From Oikopleura dioica (lineage: Eukaryota; Animalia; Chordata), in assembly GCA_907165135.1 (NCBI GenBank), contig OU015567.1, positions 2,294,001 through 2,358,000 on the forward strand: a stretch of DNA of 64,000 bases. The letters are read 5' to 3'. Made by a program: the position numbers and the translations under genes. Under the pieces are notes generated by a model. It saw only the letters and a list, made by a program, of their open reading frames with translations, ran no database searches and was not told the DNA's origin. This document shows, piece by piece, positions 22,864 through 34,624 of this stretch. Numbering within the stretch: the first letter of the stretch is position 1; every line of letters begins with the position of its first letter.

Positions 22864-23692
22864 GGGTGTCAACAACGATCCAATAAGGGTCTGTCTAATG
22901 ATTCGACCAATTAATATCTTTTTATTCAGCCTTTTAGGATTCCAAATCTTTTTCAGATCTGAAATATCTCATCTGGGTCAGGAGATACGCACCATTCTAT
23001 AGGCGCGCTAATGCACTAGCGCTCAGTAGAAATGCACTATTAGAAATGCCATTTTTCAACTTTCGTTTTTATATATTAACCAGTATATTTTCTGAAAGCT
23101 TAAAAAATTTCCTTTTCAATGATACCCATATCGATAGGATCAGGCAAGTTTTTCAAGGTCAAACAGCGCTACAAAAGTCGCAAACAGCTGCACTTTAGCG
23201 CCGGAAAAGGGGATTAAGGGATTAATCAGTACTCAATCTTTGCGCACCGGGGGATTGTGAAGGGATCAAACAATGATCGCTGCGAAAATGAAAAAAATCG
23301 ATCTGCAGAAACTGCACTAGAATCGACTTCAAAATTTGGATAAATCTTACTTCAAGATAATGCATGAAAAAAGATGCATGCAGTGAAGTTTTCAGAAATC
23401 CCTCAAATTTACTTTGTACAAAAGTGTTTGAGCTTTCATATCGTGAAAAAATAATTGAAATTGAATTACGGGAAAGTACCTAAACTATTGTTACAAGTTT
23501 GGCGAAATCCTGCATTTGGAGTTTCTTTGAAGCCGCGGTGGGGATTATGGGATTAGTATTTCAAAATTTCGTCAAATTTTCTTTGTAAATTAGGGTTCAA
23601 TTGAAAAAATGAGAGGAAAAATGAATCAAAAGCGAATCGGGAAGTAACTCAAACTATTGTTACAAATATGGCCAGAATCGTTGTTGACACCC
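22864..23692. mobile_element. TTAA-targeting MITE with GG termini (Kolobok-like, 829 bp)
   Basis: TTAA|GGGTGTCAACAACGAT ... ATCGTTGTTGACACCC|TTAA: 16-bp perfect TIR; its left TTAA (22860-22863) is shared with the preceding element. Confidence 0.8.
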
Positions 23693-24880
23693 TTAAGTCC
23701 GAAATTCACAAGAAGTTGACTCAAGACTTGACCTAGTTTTCACAGAGGAGCCTTTTTGTTATCAGCTTGTTATCTCATCATTGGTTATGAATATTCAACC
23801 CCTATGGTATGAGCGAACGCTGATGTTTTTTCAGAATGAACTTCATCATCAGATAACTTCTATTTTTTTCTTGTCAATAATTCTGAATTCTACAGAAGAC
23901 GAGTGCAATGGATTTTTCCATTGTTTTTCGAAGCTGTAGTTTTCGTAGCGTTACTAATTCAGCTCAAACTCGAGGAAATGAAGTGGTTTGGCAAGTGTTC
24001 CGCGCTGACTTTCGCTGATCAGTAGGCATAAGTAGGGATGGGCTTGTCTTTGCTTATTCAGAATAAGACTGTAGAAGCTCAATTTGCGGCATTGGTGACA
24101 TAAGAGCGTATAAGAGGCATAGTCCACTCGTGGAGGCCGACGAGTTCGAAACGTCAGCAATAAAGAATAATCCATTAGTGCAAATAAGTCTCGATAAAGG
24201 AATTAGTTCGGCAGAAAATGACGCAAATTTTTGTTAATAAAAACAATATTAATGGACCTTACTATGCAATCTCCAAAAAACATGATCTTTGATGCCTAAG
24301 ATATCATTAACTTAATGATTCATTAAGTATAAAACCAGATAAATCAATCAGAAATGCATTACCATCTTCCTCCTTTTTTGAAAATTAATGATTGTAAGAA
24401 ATATAGAATATTAGAATAATGTCGATTCAAGGCGCCGAGTCGTCGAATCGAACATGAATAGACAATTTTAACGATATTTTTTAACCTGAAACTAGCTTGC
24501 TTTGTACCGAAAATTCTCAAAGATTAGGGCAATGTCAAATGCCATCGTATCCTTACAATCATATGTTCACACCCATAATCGGCTCAAACTCCTTCTGGTT
24601 GATCCTTTTTTATGGACATGATTTGCTTTTTACATGTGTTCGATAATAGGGATTGATCATAGCCGGCAAGTTGGGATTTGTTTATTGGAGAATCTTTGTT
24701 TTACAATATTATCCAGCAATCAACAAGGAGTTCACTCAGTCGTCAGGTAAATCTGTTAATTTGCCGCTTTCTCATTCGTTCAGGATCTTTTTGGGAAAAG
24801 ATCGGAGACAGAAAATCCATTTGTAGCGTTCTCCATGTTTCTTCGAGAAAAAATCAACATCAGCGTCTTTGAAACATCAT

Positions 24881-27800
24881 TTAACCCACTCTTGACGGAA
24901 GCTCGCTTACCTGGAGACAGTAAAAAGCTATGCCAGTCAAAAATAGCTTCATGCATCCAAAGAGCAATCCTGCAATCATCGAGCCAATCGAGAATATCGT
25001 CAAAACAGCAAAAAATCGTATTGTGTATAGTAATCACGCATAAACAGATGTGGTAAGAGGAATATTCCCGAGCACGCGCGATAACTTATACTATGGATGA
25101 CTCTTAGCAGCCTTAGAGTCAAGGTTATGGTTTGGGTAGTATGTAAGCAAGTGCTCATCACCTACACACTACCTAGGGGAAATATAAATGAGCTTATTCT
25201 AGGGATGGAGGGCGGGTGAGAATTTTGAGAGTTGCATAATTCTCGGCTTCGCGAGTTTGGATACTCTCAAAATTCTCTTAACTTTTCCCCTAAGAATATT
25301 ATAGCCCTTGGCTATAATTTTCGGAACTGGTTTGCGTGAGTACCGGACAGCCGCTTAAATGACTCGCTCTCTTACGCCCGTATCACCTCCCACTTCTTTT
25401 CTGGGTCATGGCGCTGTCGTTTCCCTGGCTGCTTATCCGAGTCTACTAGCGCTTGCACTGATTATCCGAATCCTATATTCGTATAGTAATCACGCATAAA
25501 CAGATGTGGTAAGAGGAATATTCCCTCCCCTACCATTTTTGTTATTCTCATCATTTGGAGAAATTTTCTAGCCTTTTTATAAAAAGGAATTTACCAGTTT
25601 AACTTTTAAGAAAAAGGTGAGAATGTTTTGTTTATCAAGATGCTAGATTTATTATTTTTTTTTTAATAAATCTGCATCTAAGGAATCGTTTCTAGTGCAG
25701 AGCATAGTCCTTTTTTCCTTAGTTGAAAATTCTTTGGCTTCGCCATCTTGCCAGCTCTGGCTTCCGGAAAACGGAAATCAAAATTTTTAGGCGATTTTCT
25801 AAAGTTTGCACTGCGTGCGCTTTTTGAACCTGCCTAGATGATGGGCGCTAGTTAGCAAAGAGTTCTCGTCTTCAATGTCACAGATCTTATAATTTGATCG
25901 AAGCATGATACTCGGTGAGAAATGCGTCAAGCCGAGTGCAGGGAGATGCAACACGCCCACCGCCAGGAGTTAACTCCTGCTAAGACAGCTGCAGGGCCAA
26001 ACTCGAGTGAACTGGTGGCAAATCATGGAGCTTTCGGCGTGTGATGACTGAGCCAAAATGGAACTAAATGCCATATGGAGAGGCTTTGTACCTCCGAATT
26101 TCGAGAAAAATATTTTCAATCGGTTGTAAAAACCTTGAACTCGGATTTTTAGTTAAAGTCTGCGCAAATTTAACGCGCGACTCTTTTTTTTTGTACTTCA
26201 CGACTTCTAGCGAGAGTCGCTTTGTATTGCGAGTCTTATTTTTCTCGTTCCTCGTTGAGAACTTCTTTCTACGAGTATCTTAACCGGCCGGAATCAGGCA
26301 AGTGGGTCAAGATTTATTTTACACAGTCTGAAAGAATGAACTTGGTGAAGCGGTTCTGAAGGTGTTTTAGAATGAGATTTTTAAATTCTCTTTTGCACCT
26401 TGTTCAGGAAGACCTGAAGTTTTTACTTTTTGCCTTCGAATATTTGAAACGAGGCCTTTTAATTATTGTCCCAAAGACTTTCTTTTTAGTCTGCAAAAGA
26501 CTTCGCTTTCCAGTCAAGAGACTGTATAGTTTAAAGTCAAGAAGACTTAGGTTTAGAGTCAAGAGACTGTTCAGTTTATAGTCTTGAAGAGACTAGGGGT
26601 AGAATAAGCGGTAAATCCAAATGATGGTCTACCTAAGAGTGTTTTGAGAGTTGCATAATTCTCGGCTTCGCGAGTTTGGATACTCTCAAAATTCTCTTAA
26701 CTTTTCCCCTAAGAATATTATAGCCCTTGGCTATAATTTTCGGAACTGGTTTGCGTGAGTACCGGACAGCCGCTTAAATGACTCGCTCTCTTACGCCCGT
26801 ATCACCTCCCACTTCTTTTCTGGGTCATGGCGCTGTCGTTTCCCTGGCTGCTTATCCGAGTCTACTAGCGCTTGCACTGATTATCCGAATCCTATATTCT
26901 TTTAGTAGAATGGCATATTGTGCGGTTTCGTGAACAAATGGCATCACGTAGTCTATTTAATAGAGTTCAAGAAAGAAACTTTGAAAAGTTCACCTTCAGG
27001 TAAATCGAGGCCAAGGAACTTTTCCAACGGCTTGACTCCTTCCTTCACATTAAAAACCAACAACCGTTCTTTTGGAATAACAGTCTGAACGTATCTGACC
27101 CAGTTGATGTAGAACTGTTCCCAGTCAGAAGACGGCCATGCCCAGAAATTGTCGAGATCGGAAGTCAGCTGCTGATTTTCAGGGGCGGTGGAATTTCCCT
27201 TTTCGATGCCTTTGCCAAGCCAAGATCTTGCCATTTTTCGCTGATAAGAGACGGCGAAGACAGAGGCAGGATGAGCGGTAAGGTAGAAGATATTCGTCTA
27301 GAAGCCCTAAAATGGGGTAGACAAGCCTTTACGCCGACAAAATGATCAAACACTTTGTTTTTGATCTTACCTCTCTATAATGCTGCATAACTGTATTTTC
27401 AAAAGACTCAACCCATTTTTTCGGACTGTCGCGGATTCCGAGAATCACGCTTGCATCTGGAAATGCATCGGCCAGCTCTTTCACCATGAAGCAAGTCGGG
27501 ATATCCGTGCTAGAAATATACCCTCGATCTTTTACGAATGAAATTATCGAGTCAACATCGTTGCGATCAAGGCAATCGACCCAGAAACCCTGGTCATTTG
27601 AGGTGTAGCATTGCGAGCCATGATAGCTAAAAGATTTTTAAAAAATTTGAAGAATATCTCTTACCTGGGAGCAGGGATGTACATTCGCAGAAATTTTTGC
27701 TTTGCGCTGCGCTGCGATTGCGGATTTTTTTGTGGGCGATTTTGCGCTGTTTTGCGCTGCGGAATCCGAAAATCGCGCAAATTGCAAAATTTTGCGCTGT

Positions 27801-28104
27801 TTTGCGGAAAATGGTAATTTCTTGATTTTGCGGAAATTTTGCGGATTTTGCGCTTTTTGTGGAATTGCGGATTGCGCAAAAACACGCAATTTGCGTAATT
27901 TTGCGAATTTTGCTGGATTTTCGCGCATTTTGCGGAAATTTGCGGATTTTGCGCTGCAGAATGAAAAATCCCGCATTTTGCGCTGTTTTGCGGATTTTGC
28001 GCTGCGAATGTACATCCCTGCCTGGGAGAAAGACCGTTGTCTTCGAAAAATTTGCGAGTCGATAGAGTTCCAGTTCTGCAAAGACCACCTCCGATTACTT
28101 TCAT
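24881..28104 (-). CDS. Sulfotransferase (Sulfotransfer_4 / P-loop type) with C-terminal TM tail; interrupted by two insertions
   Basis: KVIGGGLCRTGTLS, PSYH, DIPTCFMVKELADAFPDASVILGIRD, IPKERLLVFNVKEGVKPLEKFLG motifs; the last exon is split by 25025-26899, and removing it gives ...AILLK-TIRFFAVLTIFSIGSMIAGLLFG in frame. Confidence 0.85.
25025..26899 (-). mobile_element. Non-autonomous element with split direct repeats A---BA--B and no TSD (PAT/Ngaro-like tyrosine-recombinase retroelement architecture)
   Basis: A = 258 bp at 26642-26899 and 25223-25480; B = 45 bp at 25481-25525 and 25025-25069; B1 abuts A2; the empty site reconstructs the host ORF exactly; the interior has only decayed ORF fragments. 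Confidence 0.75.
27672..28020. mobile_element. hAT-type MITE (349 bp)
   Basis: 19-bp perfect TIR CAGGGATGTACATTCGCAG; 8-bp TSD CCTGGGAG at 27664-27671 and 28021-28028; interior made of short TTTGCG-type repeats. Confidence 0.9.
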
Positions 28105-28740
28105 TTCTCTCAACTCTTTTGGATAATAGGTCGGGTTTGCATTTTTTACGACAATCAAGATTCAAAGATAATGAACTTTGGCCGAAGTGAGTCATTTTAA
28201 TGAAAAAAAGCAGAAGAAAAAATTTAAAATCAAAAGTTTTTAATAAGAAGTTGAATCGATCTTCAAACGAGCATTCTTCCTTGATTTAAATAAGGAAAAA
28301 TATCCCATAAAATTCTTTAAAGTACAGTCAATGAAATTTCTTTTATTATAAACGACATTCAAAGGCAAAAAAATCAGGGTTTTTCGTTTCATTTCATAAA
28401 ATCATCAGAAAACAGGTTTCATTCACGAAGGATAGGCTGATAAAAAATAAACTTTTTATTCAAATATAATTATTTTTCTCTTAATCATTCGGGAAAAATC
28501 TCTATACTATTTGCTTCATTTAAAAAATAATTTCGAGCACATCCCTCATTCATTTATATAAGAGTCATGCAAGATGTTCAACTTTCAAAACATATGTCAC
28601 TAATGACGGCTGCAGGTGCTTTTAGCTACCTCTATCCCAGCTTGCCTTAAGCGTCGGTTAGGGTAAAATATGAAGATAGCCAGATAATATTCGACGATTG
28701 ATATTATCTCAAAAATATGTCCTGTATTTACAGAAAAAAC

Positions 28741-29037
28741 TTAAAGAGCTTTTTGCTTAGAGATTTCTTGCTTTTGGTAGTCCTCTATTCCATTTGCTTG
28801 ATGTTCTCGAGTGGCATGCTGCTGTAAATGATCATGGTGAGAGCTCCACACTTGTTTTAGAATACTTCCGATCACTAAAGTTATCAAAATATATAAAGAT
28901 TTTTTTATCTCCTTACTTTTTCGCTCCTGCACCTTACTGTACTGCTTTCGCTCTTGAAACAAGAGATACAGAACGAGAGGCGCGATCAAACAAACCAAAA
29001 ACAAAACTTTTTGAAACTGTATAATTTCTTCTCTCAT
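28741..29037 (-). CDS. Possible small single-pass membrane protein of unknown function
   Basis: ATG 29037, hydrophobic VLFLVCLIAPLVLYLLF, plausible GT-AG intron; no recognisable family. Confidence 0.3.
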   Translation of the reverse strand: MREEIIQFQKVLFLVCLIAPLVLYLLFQERKQYSKVQERKSKEIKKSLYILITLVIGSILKQVWSSHHDHLQQHATREHQANGIEDYQKQEISKQKAL

Positions 29038-29267
29038 CAAAAAAGTGAAATATGAAAAAGCCAATTTTAAGTTGAACAATGAACTCGATATCGATCGAGG
29101 GTAAATAATGTAGATCCAACAAAAATCCAATGCATTAGCGGCTCAATCTGCGCGATGCATGTTTTTAATTTTAAAGAAAGTTGATTGAAGTTGCCAAAAA
29201 ACTGCGCACAATACATCAAAAAGCTTCGTTTACGCGTTTTCTTAAAAGCGGATTTATTTGAATACTA

Positions 29268-30795
29268 TTAGGTTTCAGGAGTTTTTGAAAATCGTAGAAG
29301 TCTAAGATCAAGTTTTGAAAAGGCCAGTAACGCCAGAACCATCATCGACAACTGTATCAAAAGTTGATTGTAGAGTGTTACGTAACCAGTGTAGTAGAAC
29401 ATCGCAGTCTTAAAAAATATTCCCACTTGTTGTGAATAAAGTTTTACCTGTGCAAGACCATAGTTAACATTCCAAACAGTCATACCACCAGTTGTTTCAG
29501 AGCCGGTAGAAAACATCGTCGCTAGAAAAAATAGTTGAATTAGCAAAAATAACCCTTTTCAATAATATTACCAATAGCAGCTTCGGGGAGCATACTGAAA
29601 ATGCTGTCTGTGATTCCAAACAAAAACGAGCAAGTTAAAATTATTCCAATTGTCGGATCAACCAGCGGATTTTCATAAGCGCTAGAATTCGTGCAATCAT
29701 TTGGCATGAACAAGAATATCAAAGTGTTGCCCAAAAAGAACAGTCCTCCAGCGACGAGATACAGGTACGCCCTTAGATTCTGCACTCGATGGCTGAGTTG
29801 GAAGAAAGCACCGGTTACTTCTCCGACGCCGACGATGATGGAAGAAATGCCGATGAAATGAGGAGAATCAGAACCGAGTGATTTTGAAGCGCCAACACAA
29901 GTGGGGTAAATATTCGTTACAAAGCCTTGCTCGATTCCGCCGAAAATCGCTGCAGGAATGATCAGCTGGGCTCGAATATCTTTCCCGGTTTTGAAAGCTG
30001 CTTTAATTTTTTCCATTGGTTTCATTTCATCCTCGTCCGATTGAATCTCTTTTATCATCAGCGTCAAAAATGAGCCAAGAAGACTGATTCCAGCGGCGAT
30101 CGCAATTGTAGAGATTTGCATCGACTTGGAAATCTCATCCGCTCCTCCCCAAGCAAAGAAGACGTAGAAGTTGCCAAAGAGATTTCCAGACTGAAGCCCG
30201 ATCCAGAAAAAGCAGGTGTTTCGATGGCCGGTTGTTTCGGTGGAATTGACGCCGAGGGTGATTCCAGTCACGACCCAGATGAATGCGGCTCCGAATCCGC
30301 CAATGACAGACATGATGTAAAGGAGGATGGGTTGAGGACTGATGTAGGTGGCAATGTACGCAGTTTGAAGAAGACCACCGATGAAATAAGTGTTTTTTCG
30401 ACCTATCATTGCTTTTCGAGGATTTTAGGATTATAGGACGAATGCCTTGTCTGGGAATGACAGCTAGTGCAACTTTGATTTGTGACTCGTTAGGCGGTTA
30501 TTGTTATTTTGCCATTATCTTTAATTTGAAAAAGCATTATGGTTTCCCTGATTTGTTGAACTTAAATTTTTCATTTTAAAATCCTGGTTCCTACAACAGG
30601 AGAAACGAAAAAGCAGCCAATTGCATTCGCCACGCTGAGAATTCCAAAACTCAAGAAGCTGCTCACATTATCTCCCGTCCTCTCATTATATGCTCTGATA
30701 ATCGTCTCGCTCGTACCAGCCATGGTAAAGTACCCGGTAAACATAACCATGGCACTTATCGACAACCATATTATATTTTTAAGTTTCTCGTCCAT
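29268..30795 (-). CDS. MFSD11: UNC93-like MFS transporter MFSD11
   Basis: Multi-pass protein: MFTGYFTMAG, SPVVAMIG, GFGAAFIWVVTG, NTCFFWIGLQSGNLFGN, IYPTCVG, CSFLFGITDS; intron 1 is GA-AG (30590-30412). Confidence 0.85.
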
Positions 30796-30934
30796 ATTTG
30801 GCTCTCTTGAATTGAGAAGAGTTTTTTCGTTTATTTTGACACATTTTGAAGCACAAATTTGAAGATCATGAACAAAAGTTTCATAGAAAAGACAAATATC
30901 AGAAGGTCTTTATTTATTAAAAATCGTACAAAAA

Positions 30935-32413
30935 TTAGATTCTTATATCAAATTTTGGAGCAGGTTCAGAACTCCCCAGCGCCATCTGAGCATCAAGAGC
31001 ATCCTAAAAACTGATCTCGAGCCGTTTTCGAGGCGAAAATTTACCTGGACAAGGGCGAAACCGGATTTAATAGATCCATCTACAGGAGTCTGGGCTTCAT
31101 CTTCAGAAATTTGAGTGATCGAGATTTCAGTTGAGTCTGTTGTTTCAAAAAGCGACCACCATAATTGCCAGTAGCTAGCAAATTCGCTTTGTGGTGCGAC
31201 TCTAGAAGTCCACGGCTTAGTCGATCCAAGAAAGTGAACAACTTTGACTTGGTCTTTGAACTTCTGAAAAGCTGGTGCATAGGCATAAGTTGCTGCGGCA
31301 TGGACGTTGTAACCAAAAGGGAGGATTTTGGAAGTAGAAGCGGTAGACCAGTCGGAGAAAAAATCATTCAAGAGGCCTTGATCGCCCCCGTCAAAGCTTC
31401 CCTGGTTGTTTGCGAAGTCAAGAAGAGCGGTGAACGTGTCGATCGATGGTTTGAAGACAAAAACGCCAGAGTTGAAGCAACTTGGCCAGCCACAATCAGC
31501 GACAGCAGAGAGCTCATTTCGCTGGAAAAGATCGTCGATGTTTTGAAGAACGAGGGTGTCAGCGTCGAGAAAGACCATTTTCGTGAATTGAGTTAATTTC
31601 CAGCAGTGGAGCTATCATGAAAGAATGGGTAAGTACAATCGTAAAAACAATCAAGACAAACCTTTGTTAGAGTAACTCCAAGTTCTGGACGCTTGAGAAG
31701 TGCGAGCATTGCATCATCATTTGAGTTCAAGACATCGACAATAATGACTTCATCGAATTCTTCTTCGAGTTGGGCTCTTGATGAAGCAGTAAGATTGTTG
31801 CTAACCAAGCAAACAAGCTCTGCAGCGGTTTCGACATTTCGAAGAGATCTAGCAAGAACCAAAGCGCCGGAGGCATAGCTGTCAGTTGTGGCGAGGGTAA
31901 CAAAGCCAAATCGGTCAGGAACAGCTTAATTAGAAATTGTGTCTCTTTAATTTATAACGACTTACATTTTGAGGCCTTAGGAGCTTCTTGGGTATCTTGA
32001 GGATTTTGTAAAGACGAAGAAGGGATTACAGAGTTTTCTGGAACTACGGGAGGAGAACTTGGGTTTTCAGGGGACTTATTGTTGGTTTGAGAGGGTGAAG
32101 ATGAGCTTGTATCTTGAGAAGGAGGAGGACAAATAGGGTCAGAGTTGTTTGTCGAAGAACTTGCAGAGGAAGGAACAGAGTTGTTAACGGAAGAAGAGGG
32201 AATTGTTGTAGGAGATGAAGGGGAAGGATTTGTTTGTGGAGCGGTTGGTTCTGTAACAGGGGTTGTTGGGTAGGGATTCGGGTTGGCTTCTTTTGGCCGT
32301 AGAGCTTCCGGAAGAACCACTCGGTCTCCAACTATAGTGAGAGAAAAAGGATTGCCACCGAGCTCAGTGATAAGCGCGGATAACTCCTTATTCAAAGCGA
32401 TCAAGTCGTCCAT
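30935..32413 (-). CDS. GYG1: Glycogenin with ~150-aa Pro/Ser/Thr-rich N-terminal extension
   Basis: FVTLATTDSYASGALVLARSL, KRPELGVTLTK, VFLDADTLV (DxD), CFNSGVFVFKPS, SFDGGDQGLLN, TYAYAPAF (autoglucosylated Tyr), VVHFLGSTKPW. Confidence 0.9.
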
Positions 32414-32704
32414 TCTAAACAAAATGACATATTACATCTCTTAATTGGTAAAAATCTTTGTTGGATATGAAAAATCTCTTGTCAAATGAAAATAATTATT
32501 TACGAAAATAAACAACTAGATTTAATTATATAGTCCGGCTGATCGTTAAAAAGATTAGGTGAAACAAGTTGCTTGTGCGTAATTATGTAATCGGAGCATG
32601 CTGAAAGAGGAAAAAGATGGACAGCGCATGATATGTTTTATTGTCAGGACTAATTTTATCTCAAAAGAAGGGCAAAATGAAGGAGGAATTTGACAATGGT
32701 AAGG

Positions 32705-34331
32705 TCAATTTTGAAGCACTCCAGATTCCATTAAAATCTGATCCGCGAGCTTCAGACTTTGATCGGGCCTATTTGCATAGAGTGCAATTATCTGAATGAT
32801 GATGTAGATCGTTGTTACTCCAACAAATATTCCGCCGGTAAAGCAATGCATCTTCTTGACGCCAGTATCGCACATGTTGTAACTTTCTTCAAAAACAATC
32901 ATTAATTTTCTTGGCCATTATTACATAAAAATCATACCTTCAACTTCTGGACATGACACGGGCATGATCCGGCGATAAAGTGGTTTCAAGAACCTTGGTA
33001 TTCTCACTGACCCATTTCCGTCACTGAGGTAGAGGTAGAAAATCGCTTCCAGAAATGACCAAAGGCAAATTATCGTAGCATAAACAAAGAAACCAAACAG
33101 AATCGGTTGTTTTCCAGTTCCAGATGGAGCCACTCTCTAAAATTGTCCTTGTTGATTTCAAAAGTTGAATCAGCTCGTTACCTGCTCAATCACGCTCAGA
33201 AGAACAAGCAAAGCAAGTTGAATAGTGACGACAACTCCTAGTCGCTCCCCATAAGTTGCTTCGATTGGATTTATTTGAGAAGAAGGAGCCTTGGGGCCGA
33301 AAAAATTAAAAATGAGATGTTTTAATGACTTATGCTCGCATAAAAATCGAACAAGAGATGTGTATGTTTATCAGAAAAAACTCGGTGTAAAATGTCTTTT
33401 CTCGCCATTTATGGTCCGCCCGTTTGCAAGCAAGACATTTTGTTCTAGAACTTTCTTATATCGATCCTTTTCCTGGAATCATAATCGAAACTGCAGCGAT
33501 AAAGCCCAATAAGTATAGCGGGAAAACGACGTTTTTCATTTCATGGTCGTATAAACGCGCGGCGGAAAACCCGAACTCGAGAAAGTAATCTGTTGAGCCG
33601 ACGAAATTCATTTGCTCCTCAGTTATAGGATAATTAGGTCGCGCAAAAGACAGAGGAGAATGAACCCACCACTTGTTGTGAAGAGTATTAATAGCTGCTT
33701 TGTTCAAAATCGTTTGATTTCCAGTAAGAGGAACGCTCGAATGATGATGATTAAAACCACGAAGAAACCTTTTTTCTACCTGTTGCCCCGCAATTCTAAT
33801 ATGATGGTGCAAATATTATCATCCATTGGATAAAACTGAGAGCGGATGACGCAATAACTTTCGATCGTAAATCTCTTCCAGGCCATGATGTCACCACTCG
33901 GCATCAATCGTATTTTCGACGGATTAAAATCATAAGAACTTCCGTCAAAATTGATCAAATTTGCATTAGGAAACCAGATTCTATCACTTCTTATATCAAT
34001 AGGTTTTGTCGTGATATTTGCTAAGCGATTGTCTCTAAGTCAGTTTTTCAAATTGAAATTTCAAGAGAAAAGGGACTTTTTTCTAACAAACTAAACTTAA
34101 ACTGTTTCCTCCAGTAAAAATAGATCTGAACAGATCCTTTGAAGGAGTTTTCTGATGGTAAAATGTCATTTATCCATTCCAATAAAGCAGTCACACTCAA
34201 GTCGGTTACGCCTGTTTCTTCATCTGAGTCGTAATTCGCAGGCTGATTTTATCTTTTAATTTTTTTCAAATATGTTCACTTACCATTTTCAAAGCAAGAA
34301 CCGACATATAAATAAGACAAAGGCTTTTCAT
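32705..34331 (-). CDS. Cys-loop ligand-gated ion channel subunit, cation-selective type, non-alpha
   Basis: Signal MKSLCLIYMSVLAL; Cys-loop CVIRSQFYPMDDNIC (C-x13-C); M1 VVFPLYLLGFIAAVSIMIP; M2 GERLGVVVTIQLALLVLLSV; M3 and M4 present. Confidence 0.85.
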
Positions 34332-34624
34332 TTTATGGTTCTCTTGTTTATTGCACCTAGCTTCAATCCTCAGAGTCAGCAAAATAACTCGTAAAATATA
34401 TCTATGGCAGCAAACAAAAGAAAATGTGAACGGAAGAGTGATAATTGTTCAATTATTTAGAGGTTGTGTGAAGAAGTTGAAACGAACAAGGCTTTTTTGG
34501 CCTTTTCAAAAATTCAAAAATTCTCAATAAAACGATGATTATTTATTAATGTCTTTTGATATTGAAACCATGAAAGTGGTAGAAGAATAAAGTCAGCTTT
34601 TTTTTAACAATTCATATTTATTTC

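Noticed and set aside
24780-25037. CCFDDIL as a degenerate reverse transcriptase YxDD motif
   Set aside because: This is an off-frame reading. Another frame of the same bases is the displaced sulfotransferase TM tail.
27611-28195. Five overlapping K/R/A/Q-rich ORFs
   Set aside because: They are produced by the low-complexity interior of the hAT MITE; only the KVIGGGLCRTG frame is real.
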